Assembly (NCBI RefSeq): GCF_009914755.1
Contig: NC_060928.1
Source of the DNA: the human T2T-CHM13v2.0 reference genome, Homo sapiens
Direction: 5' to 3' (one strand)
DNA length: 64,000 bases
Position numbers and translations under genes: made by a program. Positions 53,298 to 64,000 of the stretch are shown piece after piece. The notes under the pieces are model-generated. The model worked only from the letters and a program-made list of their open reading frames with translations, was not told the DNA's origin and did not search any database. Within the stretch, counting starts at the first letter, position 1, and each line of letters starts with the position of its first letter.

Positions 53298-53446
53298 TCT
53301 AAAACAATTTAATTCTTCTAAAATTTCTACCAGTCCATACCTTATGTACTATACATCAAAGTATAGTATATAGTACAAAATATTTTATATACCATGCAAC
53401 AAACTATGAACTGGTAGAAATTTCATGAGAATTAAATTGTTCTAGA
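53298..53446. repeat. Inverted repeat with 42-bp arms (37/42) and a 65-bp spacer
   Basis: 53298-53339 tctaaaacaatttaattcttctaaaatttctaccagtccata versus reverse complement of 53405-53446 tctagaacaatttaattctcatgaaatttctaccagttcata. Confidence 0.92.
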
Positions 53447-53464
53447 TTTTTCTGTGATTGAGAT

Positions 53465-53645
53465 ACATATACTCCATAAACATATTTCAATATACATATA
53501 TAGAGACATATAAATACACATAAATTCCTATCTATATCTATTTATATATATTCCTCTATATCTATTCCTCCTATTTCTCTCTCTATATATAGATATCCCT
53601 CCCTCTCTTTCCTCTCAAGAGAGAGAGAAATATCTATATATATTC
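53465..53645. repeat. TA/TC/GA low-complexity tract
   Basis: Directly visible. Confidence 0.7.
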
Positions 53646-55173
53646 CTTTCTGAGTAATTTGTGTGTGAGCATGGGATATGGAGATATTACAGACTCTTGC
53701 AAATGCAAAGTCAATCACGCAAATTGTTTAGTGGGTTGCAAAACTGAATCCCAGCTGCAATACAATAGTGCAGAGAAAATATAATTTCTTTATTTGGGGT
53801 ATAAGCAATCTGTTCTTCCTTTTTTAAAACCCCTTTTGCTCATTAACTGGAAAAGCAAAACTTAAATTTCTAATCCTGTTTAAACCTGAGTCCACTTTAA
53901 TTGTTTACAAATATTGTCAAGTAATGTCAGACACTTGAAAAGTTTCATAGGTATATCTTTTAGAAGATTGTTTAGGGTGGTGATAATCTTGTCATGAAAC
54001 GATAGGTCAGTGGGTACTTTGACACCTGGTTCTTCTGCTCTCCAGGAGCTCTTTCTCATCCACTTCATGGCTAGGTAGACTGCTGGCCACTGAAGCCAGA
54101 ACCTACACCTGGTCAGTCAGTTTTGTTTGCTTGGTTACAATCCTGCAGCATTGTCTGGCTCATCAGGTTTCATTTTATCTCTGACTGGGGTTAGAGACTC
54201 CTTGAATTTGTTTGGCAGTGAGTTTCCTTTAGTCCTGGTGTGGGTGATCGGTTTTGTAGCTTGTGATACTCAGCCATCTGCTCCTTTAGTAAGTCTTCCA
54301 TCTGAACTTTCTACTTTTTCTGGACACAATCTAGTCCTAGAGGTCAAGTGGTGACCCAGAAAGGTAAAAGCTCACAGTGTTCATCTGAATGTAATAACCA
54401 GACAGAAATAACTAAATTGATAGGTCTGCGCCCCACCTGGGTGAAGAGGTTGTCTGCCACACAATCTGTTGGAGGTTATGGGGGGTGATAATAGATACAG
54501 GTAAGGTGGGGATGACAAAAGAGCTTATCATCTTTGTTCTTGGAGTTACTGCACTTATCCAATACAACTTACTATCACTTAGCCAAAGTCCTGCAATGGG
54601 AAAATAGGGATACATATGAGTAGCCGTTTAACCTTCTCCTTAGAAAATGCAAAGTTTGAAGTGGACATGCCAAAGGCGCATCTTTATCTTGGGGGTTTTC
54701 TTTAGAGAAAACTCTATAATCGTATATTTTTCAGGCTTCATTATTTAGATACTGGTGAGGAAATAAAGGAATTTAGGCAATTTTCTTTTAAGACAGTAGC
54801 CTGCCGTGCGTAGTATATGCTGTAATGAGTACTGGTGAAACAACACTGAACAAGTGCCTCACCCTGCTGATTGCTCTCATCCTCACACTTCATGTGAGTT
54901 GACCAGAGGCCTATTAAATAATTTAGTAAGGAACTGGAGTTTCTTTCTTCACATCTTAATATTAATTGCCAGAATTACCTTACAATGAATGAGAAGTCAC
55001 ATTCATAATTGGAGACTAATTTTCCTCATCTGAAGTCTTGGAGACACATATGAACATTAACAACAATATTTCGTTCTATCTCATGCCTGTTTGCACTTTA
55101 TCTTGTTTATGTAAGATATATCCTGCATAAACAAGGTAAAGAAAAAGATATACCTCATAAAGAAAAAAATTAT

Positions 55174-55918
55174 TGCAGGTGCAATGATTTTGACATTAAT
55201 TACCCAATCTTGGTCCAAACTTCAGATGCGAAGGGCACCGTTTTCCACAAGACTGGCCTTACTACAGACAGTGGCCACAAGTTCATCAGTTCCCAGGTTA
55301 CCACTTACTTCTGACCAACAGCCTACAAATTTGTGGGTTCCCAGAAACGTCCTGGTTTGATAATTTGTTAGAAATATGCACAGAGCTCATGACAGCACTA
55401 AACTTACAGTTGTGAGTAAACCTACACTAAACTTATTGTAGTGAAGGGGTACAAATCAAAACAAACCAGAAAGAGACACAAAGGGCAAGGTCTGGAATTG
55501 ATCTGAACATAAAGCTTCTGGTTTTCCTCTCCCTGTGGGTTTCTGGACAGCATTACCTCCTTCCAGCTACATTGTGTGAGCAAACTCAAAAAGTACTGTG
55601 AACTGGGGAAACTCAACCCTTTGATGTCCAGACTTTTTTATTACAGTTTAACCACATGGTGTTCACATGTGGCTGGCTTTTAGTTTTTAGCCCCTTCTGG
55701 AGGTTTGTTCTTCAATTCCTCTGAAGATCATAACTGATATGTCATGTTCCAAAGGCCCCATTATGAGGCGCATTGTAAGACTACCCATTGACCAAAACAC
55801 CTGGGCAAACAGAGACACTTTTTCGGATAGGTCATTTCAGGGGCCTAGAGACCACCTCCCAGTAGCTTAAGGCAAATGCCATGTCTCCCTTTGGATAAAG
55901 TCAATTCTTTAATACACA
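55174..55918 (-). mobile_element. MER21-family LTR
   Basis: Reverse complement begins tgtgtattaaagaattgactttatccaaagggagac; internal cttctgaccaacagcctacaaatttgtgggttccc. Confidence 0.75.
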
Positions 55919-56163
55919 GCAGAATCATTTTACAAACCCAGGTACTTATACAGATGCTTGTATTTGTACATAGTCCTGAACTTGAATCCAAGCCTGGAAT
56001 TGTAAACACACCTGAACTTGTGCATGAGTCTGCACCGGCCTTCAAGAATTTCAAGTAAGAGTTTGTAGTTAACATTTATCTGTTTCTTTTACTTCTCTGT
56101 GAAGAGAGTATTTCTTTATACAGTTTGTTTGGAAAAGCCCATTTTATTAATCATCTGATATAA

Positions 56164-56536
<373 letters not shown>

Positions 56537-57029
56537 TAGGCAACTTTCAAGTAGTTTAATTTAAGTATGTTTTATGAATATAGTTTCTTAAAAAAATATA
56601 AGCTATTTGAGGATAGGAATTATATGTCTTTTCATTGTTGATTCCTAAGGTCTTCAAGAGTATGTGTTTCATATTATTGTTATTAGTAAATATTGGTTTA
56701 CGTAAGTGTGTGCGAATGCAGCCAATCAGCAGGAGGGTCACATTACAGCCTATAAAGGCATTGAAATGTAAAACAATGTTTAAAGAACCCTTATGGTTCA
56801 AATTAACCAAATTATTATAGTGACCGCAAGTCATAACAGAATGGGAATTCAACTGCAGATATAAACAGTGACAATTCTTATCACCATAAAGGCATCACTA
56901 GCATCCAAAATATAACAACACTTAATGTTATTTATATGGTGCACTATGACCACTTCCAATAAAGCTAGAAAATATTCCAGTATGTCCTTTATCATCTTTT
57001 TCTGATATATTCTTCATATAGTGGAAGTT

Positions 57030-57700
57030 TTAGTTGTAGTCCAAACTATTCTCAACATATCAGACACATATTGGTATTTCCAGGAATTAAATTCGCATGA
57101 GGATATTTGAAAGAAAGGCTTACACATATCCGAGGAAGGGGCATTTGGGAGCTGCATGGAGAAATTTGTCTCCAGACTCCAGCCTTGCAAAGAGAGCTGT
57201 GGTAGACAGAAGCTGAAAGACCTCGTCTCCAGGAAACATTGAGTTGTTTGTAGCATAAGAAGCCCTGTTTTATGTAATGATGTGTGAATCAAGGAGTAGC
57301 AGAAATGGATTTCCACCCCTTATTCCCCCACCACCATTTTGTGAAGATGAAGCATGGCCTCTTTGCATCAGGAAATACGGGGCGATTTAAGGACATCAAG
57401 GGACTGCTACAGCAACAGCGACAGCAGCAGGAGGCTAGGAATGCTTTAAAAGAAGACATCAGAGTCGGCCAAGAGATGGCTCAGGAGTGGATGCTCAAGA
57501 TAGCAACAAAGAATCCTGACCCTGCTTTATGGCAGCAAAGGATGTGGCAACAAGAAAGAATTACCATGACTGATGCTTTTGTGATAGAGAGGGCTTTGCG
57601 TTCAGCAACTGTGATGCATGGCTTAGGGAGTCTCGGCAACTCTTGTTAATGAAGGGTTGAAGGCCCTGCATTACCTGGTGTAGAAAAGAGCCAGGGAAAA
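57030..57700. mobile_element. Possible ancient LTR-derived segment, unassigned
   Basis: Locally GC- and purine-richer block with LTR-like texture; no consensus firmly recognised. Confidence 0.25.
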
Positions 57701-58592
57701 GGCAGCACCTATTATTAAGATGTTCCTAATTTACTCTTTTGATGAAATCTTTGTAAATGTGGGTTATTTTTGCTAGCTTGTATTATCTGTAAAAAAATGA
57801 TATATAGTCTATTTTGAAAATTATACCAGGTTAATGGTTGTTTTTATGCTTTAATCATCACCTAGAAATCATCAGTGTGCTAGGTATCTTACTGCCACCA
57901 CTAGTCTACAACTTTCCCGGATGAGCCTCAACCACTGCTTAAAAAAACTCATCCACCCAAGGTTCATGATGTTTAACTTTCCCTTCAGAAAGGTCTGTGC
58001 TCTCTGAAGTCAGGAGTAATGGAGGTGAAAAGGCATGAAGAGCAGAGAGCAAAGGAAGAGGCAGGTGAGGAAGCTTTTTATATTGTGAATTTTCCCTTTG
58101 ATCCACATAGTGACAGTTCAGAGTGGATTTTAAGTATAGGAACTATGGGGATGAGCTCTGGGTCCATATTCTGGGCTTAAGTGGAAGGTGATGGTAAGGG
58201 AGGTTTTGGCAAAAAGCACAAGGTGATAGAGGAATTGGTGGTGTCACCTATTGAGGCACTTGGAAGATCTGTAATGGCATCATGATGAGGTCACCACAGA
58301 CAGCTTCTTATGCCTTTTTTTCCAAACTTTCTCCATCTTCTACTCCAATTCTGATATTTCAGTTCAAGCATTTAAAGTTTTCAAATTTTGTACCAGTCGT
58401 GCAAAGTAAATTCTGCTAACATCCTTTGTTACTAGATTTTGCCTATTTTGTCATGTAGTGCATTTTTGTAGTTGAGGGACATTATTATTTAAAGAGATTT
58501 TGTGAATTAATCTATGGGTATACATAGTATATATGACACCATTCCCGTGGAGGTATGCATTTTGAAATCCAATCAAATAACAGCTATGCAAT

Positions 58593-59106
58593 TGTGTGGG
58601 CAGGATAATGCACTACCGAACTCACCCAAAAATATATCTACATCTTAATCCCTGGAACCTGTTAATATGTTACCTTATAAGGCAAAAGGAACCTTGCAGG
58701 TATGATTTTGGTTAAAGAAATCAAGATAGGTAGAATTACCCTCTGTCATCTTGGTGGCCCATCTAATTATGAATCTCTAAAAGCAAAAATTCTCTCCCAG
58801 CTGAGTCATAGGTTGTCATCAGAGAAAGATGTGATAATGGAAAAGTGGTCAAAAGGATGCAGTGTTCTTATTTTGAAGATGGAGAAAGGGACCTACGAGG
58901 TAGGGAATGTGGGTGGCTTCTAGAAGAATAAAACAGATTTTCTGCTAGGACCTAGTGGAAGGAATGCAGCCCAGCCAAAACCTTGATTCCAGCCCATTGA
59001 GACCTATTTTGTGCTTCTGACCTCCAAAACTGTAAGACAATAAATTTCTATTGTCTAAGCCACTGTTTGTCATCATGTATTAGAGCAGCTTTAGAAATCT
59101 AATGCA
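58593..59106 (+). mobile_element. MLT1D-like MaLR LTR
   Basis: taatccctggaacctgttaatatgttacctta...ggaaggaatgcagcccagcc...cttctgacctccaaaactgtaagacaataaattt. Confidence 0.85.
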
Positions 59107-59188
59107 ACAATAGAACCTAACCAATTAGTAAGTTAGAAGACCCCTTGTATTGATTGCTTCTTTGAGGTTTACAAAATACAGCATTTTA

Positions 59189-59489
59189 GGCCAGGCACAG
59201 TGACTCACATCTGTAATCCCAGCACTTTGGGAGGCCAAAGCAGGTAGATCACTTTAGGCCAAGAGTTCAAGACCAGCCTGGCCAACATGGCAAAACCCCG
59301 TCTCTACTAAAAATACAAAAATTAGCTGGATGTGATGGCGGGTTCCTGTGGCTTCAGCTACTCGGGAGGCTGAGGCAGGAGAATCGCTTGAACCCAGAGT
59401 GGGAGGTTGCAGTGAGCCAAGATTGCACCATTGCACTCCAGCCTGGACAACAAAGTAAGACTCTGTCTGAAACAAAACAAAACAAACAA
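59189..59489 (+). mobile_element. AluS (Sx/Sz-like)
   Basis: Full dimer with ctactaaaaatacaaaaattag linker and (AAAAC)n tail. Confidence 0.95.
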
Positions 59490-60420
59490 CTATTTTTTCA
59501 CCCGGGCACTGTCCACTGACCTATACGCAGGTGCATACCTACAAATACATGCATATACATACACATTCTACTATTTTGTGACTCTGTTTAGGCACAGAGC
59601 TGAGGGTTTAATGACTGTTCTCTCATTTAGTCATCATCCATTACCATTTCAGGAAAGGACTAGTGCTGCTCTTCAGAGATAAGAAAGCAAGTTTTATAAA
59701 AGTGGTGATTTTTTAAAGATTATACAGTTAGTAAGTGAAGAAACTGAACTAATCAGGCCTGTTTCGCTCCAAAGCATTCTTTCTCTACTGCCACACAATG
59801 CATTCAAAACTAAAACTGTTACGCAGGGTGTTATTTGTGCTTTATTTAAATCCATTATGTAAACCAGAATAGTATAAATCATGAAAGATGCACAAAGTGA
59901 TAAAATTAAGTGATGTAAACACAATAAATAAAGATCCTCATGGCACAGTGATTTTCTGAGCTCAAAAGATTCTATTATAATCTTAAGATGACTTTTTATA
60001 GAAAAAAAGAATCTGCTCCCTTTCTAGAAAGGAATTGCCAAAGCATTACATTGTTACACATCATCTTGATATATGCAATCTAAGATACATGAAACATTGT
60101 GAGATTTTGGACATGCTTATGAGGAGCTATATCTCAAATGTAGATGAATGTACTTTTTAATACTTGTCATATGCTCCTTTCCCAAGACTGTCAGCTCTAC
60201 GTCTGATTTCAGTTCATTCCCACAATTCACACGGACAGGCCTACTGGGCTTGGAGTTTGTGTCCCACTTTGAGATTTTGTACCCATGCCTTCTGAGATAA
60301 AGTGTTAGAAAATAGGGTGCCCAGCTAAGATTTGTGGACATTGAGTGTCAAGAAAGAGAGAGGCACCAGAACTAAAATAATTATAAAATAAAAACAGAGT
60401 AATTATAGTGGGAATTAGGT

Positions 60421-60466
60421 TGTGTGTGTGTGTATGTGTGTGTGTGTTTGTGTGTGTGTATATGTA
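60421..60466. repeat. Imperfect (TG)n microsatellite
   Basis: Directly visible. Confidence 0.9.
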
Positions 60467-63199
60467 TTTTCCTGATCCTTGTCCTAGGCTGCAGAACAGC
60501 ATCATGAGAAAGATTGTAAAGGCAAAGAACTGAGATATATGACTGAAAGCCTGAAATATGAGGCCCTTGTTAATACTCGTAAAAGCACTCTGCTTCCAAA
60601 CTCACATGAGAAAGAAAAATTGAGTCATTATCATTCTATAAATTAGTCATTTTGAGAACTACCTAGTTCTTTGGTTGCCCTTCTTATAATAAAATGTTTT
60701 GCTACTACCTAATAAATCTTTATTTTAAGGCAAAACAATGTCCAACTTGAGATTTCTGCTGTCGAGAAAAAAACATCCCATCAATTCAACAGGTCCTAGC
60801 ATTGTGGCAACTGAATCTGAAGAGAATGTAGTTTAACCCAGTGGAGTACATATAACATCTTTATTTTTTTTTTTGAAGTTGATTAAGGTAGACCAGTTGG
60901 TACCTGTGGAGTGCCAAGCATGAGCTAGACATTGAACAACACGCGTCTGCAAGACTGCTTCTTGCCCCATGGGCTAATCTTTCAGCGCACACTGATGTGA
61001 TTGGGGGCTGATGAAAGAATAAGACACAAAAAAGATAAAAGAGCCTTTGTCATAAATGTAAAAGAGTTTTTTCTCCTTTGAGGTTTAATTATATTTTGCT
61101 TCATAAAATCCCTTAGAATAGTATACTTGGAAATTTATTCTCCAGTGAATTTTATCAGGGTAGTTGTCAGAGAATAAACATGAGAAGCAGTGTCTAGAGG
61201 AAAGCAAAAACATTATGATTAAGAAAATACACTCGAATACAAATATATCTCCAAGGTCTGGGATTTATTGTTCTTTAAATTTTCAGAAACAATAATCATT
61301 TCCACAACGATCATTTCTAACAGAGGTATTTCAAGAGTTTTCCAAATCATGTTAAGAAAATAGAAATAGAAGCTAGAAGAAAATTGAATCGGAATCAGGA
61401 AATACAGGCTTGGTCAGGGCCTACTTTAGTTGCATACAATTTGAACTTTTTCTAGAAAGAATTTCCTGTGACTGGTGAATATTTTGTTCTTCTCATTTCT
61501 GTGGGTTCATTTGTATTAATTTATCTCAAGCTCTGTGGATTTAGCATCTTTATCTGATTCATCTTTCATCCCTCAAATGTATTAGTGCAGTGTAGGCACG
61601 TAGTAGGTACAGAATGTTAATAATTATTTTCTTGCAATAATAAAAGAGTGAGGAAAGGCTTGGATGAAGTAGCTCCTTAGCTCCAAAGACCAAAAACTGA
61701 AAGTCTACCTATGGGTTTAAAAACTCTGTTATTATAAAAGTCATTCGTATTATGAAATACTTTAAACAGTTTGGATGACATTTAAATTAAATGGAACAAA
61801 GTTGCTTTTAAACTTCCATATATTGAGGTTTGCAATTGACCTACTCCGTGGCAGTATTTTTATGTACACCTCCCATTAATTTCTAATGTCTACTGACATT
61901 GTTCTCTGTATTGTGTCTGCCCAAATGGATTGAGGCCATCCAGAGAGAGATATATTAGAATCAGCAGAAAGTGATTATAGCTGGCATCTGGCAGGAGTCA
62001 TTTTCTCTTAAGGCTTTGACACGTCATTCCTGGTATATCAGTTCTATTAGCTATCTAAAGGCACCAGATGTACCGTAGGAGATTATGCCAATAAATCTTT
62101 TGTGAATTATATATAGTTTTTACTATTGCTGATCCATTGCCATTCACGCAAGCTCAACCACGTTTGTCTAGGAATGGATTCCAATTTAAGCTTCTTAGGT
62201 GCTTCCTTACTGAAAAAATGTTTCTGAAAGTTGTTCTTGCATGATATGACATAATATCAGAGATAAACTCTTTCAGCAGATACTGGTTTATTGATAAGTT
62301 ATTTCATCTGTTTGACTTCAGATTTTTCAGTAGATTATTATCTTGGTGAATTCACTAGATACTGCAAGTATATTTTTAGTAAAATATTTTCTGTAAGATC
62401 TAACAGTCATTAATTCCATCTGTGTAAAATGGTGATTGGTAGATAGTGCAAAATATGTAACAAAGTGAATGTCTCAAAGATAATATTTAGCAAAGATCAT
62501 TTGATGATAGATGTGAATTTATTGAAGTTACGTTTTTACATAGTTCTGCATATACTTTTTTGGATTGCCTTTCTTCACTTTATGAAAACTGGCCGCAGTT
62601 AACCTCATTCGTAAACAAGGTTCTTATTCCTTATAGCCATGTGTAGTTTCTACCTCTACGCTTATTTAAATTGTACGCTTCTTTCTGAGCTCAGTTTATG
62701 TTTGATCTTTGAAAATTATTATTAATTTTTAGTAATCATTAATACATTCTCTATCTTAATAACTACTGCAACACGTAGAGCCAGAAATAACTATCACACT
62801 TGGGTTTTTTTTTTTTTCCAAATAGTGGTTGAATTTCTATTCACGTCTCAAGACCCAGATCAAGTATTTCCACTCTGATCCATCTGAGAAAATTGATCAC
62901 TGCATCCTTCCTGCCACTCTGATGCCTGACATACACCATTATCTTTGTATTTGTCATACTCTCTTGCTGTTTTCTATTTTTATTTTGGTGTCACCTACCC
63001 TTCTTTCCTGAACTCTTTTGGTTTTTGCTTCTCACTATAAAATATAACAGAAGCAAAATTAAAATACAATGTAACAAAAATATGAGCTTTTCTCTATCTT
63101 TGTTTTTCATTGTATCTAATAAGACTAAAATCTATTAATATATTCATGCGTTTTAAACATTTGCTTCTGCTCTTAAGCAATTTAATCACTGAGTTTTCA

Positions 63200-63520
63200 T
63201 TGGTTTTACAGGTATTTACGGAATGGCTACTACTGGGCTCATTTCTCTGCTTGGTGCAATGGGGAGAACACATAGTATTAAACAGAGTATTTACCTCAAA
63301 AGAATTTATTTCTCTTTAGGGAAACAAAATACAGATGCCTGAAAAACATCAACACTACACTACACAGAATCTGAGATTTTTGGCAATGAAGAAGTATATG
63401 TAAGGGCAAACATAATGAACTGAGTGGGGATATGTGATATGCAGAGCTGTCTTACATATAGGTGTCTTCATGCAAAATAATGGACAGCCTTCAGAGATCT
63501 AAAGTTAGCATTTTAGATTC
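63200..63520 (-). mobile_element. L2 fragment
   Basis: caggtatttacggaatggctactac...ggggagaacacatagtattaaacaga resembles an antisense L2 3' end. Confidence 0.45.
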
Positions 63521-64000
63521 CTTTTATACCAGTATCAATTCCTTTGCACAGCATTCTTAGCAACTTGCCTTTGTCTGAAAATTCTTGCCTTTCAGTTTGC
63601 ACACTGAAGTTGAAAATAGATTCGTCCATGAAAAATTAAGAATAGAGAATTGGACATAATAAAACATCCTTATGGAACATTTTGGCCATGCCACTATTCA
63701 TCTCTAGCTTTTGGTCAGTCTGTGAGATTTAATACTCAAGAACCAGTGGATCCACTTACTGCAAGTTGTCTCACCTGCAGTGAAGTCATCATTTTTAAGC
63801 CTGATTTGCTCTTCCAAGAAAAGGACAGGTAAAACAAAACCAAAAGCCAAAAACCAAAACCCTGTATCATGGTTATCCTCAAATGTTTTACTTAATAGGA
63901 TCAAGGATCTCGCTCATATTTTTTGATTGTGAGATGCTGGTGCATGAATAAAGTGGTTGATCATGGTTTTATGATGTCAGAGAAACTTCCATAATACTAA

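Noticed and set aside
57284-57649. 121-aa Gln-rich ORF
   Set aside because: GTG start, no recognisable domain or exon context, and a length reachable by chance in a GC-richer, probably LTR-derived block

Overview
AT-rich, CpG-poor primate (almost certainly human) intergenic DNA. I find no intact protein-coding gene, RNA gene, CpG island or CRISPR-like array. Most supplied ORFs fall in Alu, L1, LTR or microsatellite sequence, or look like short chance ORFs. The one gene-derived element is a 5'-truncated, intronless sorcin (SRI) retropseudogene at ~28350-28842 (+), which the ORF track misses because of an in-frame stop. It sits in a decayed ERVL-class provirus. The rest is a layered transposon record (L2/MIR, MaLR and ERV1 LTRs, MER1A, L1M/L1P, Alu, a solo LTR12), often nested and with readable target-site duplications. 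A sorcin pseudogene ~7 kb from an I-CreI-like 24-bp palindrome (35657-35680) matches my recollection of the chr4q12 gene desert (SRIP1 and safe-harbour site SHS231); this is recall and needs BLAT. I found no evidence of a new multi-gene system. The least explained structures are a 42-bp-arm inverted repeat at 53.3 kb, a displaced 52-bp duplication at the pseudogene 3' junction, a 61-bp dispersed duplication with tandem expansion (275/1825) and a near-identical 103-bp duplication in LTR12. Repeat subfamily names come from remembered consensus sequences and boundaries were read by eye.
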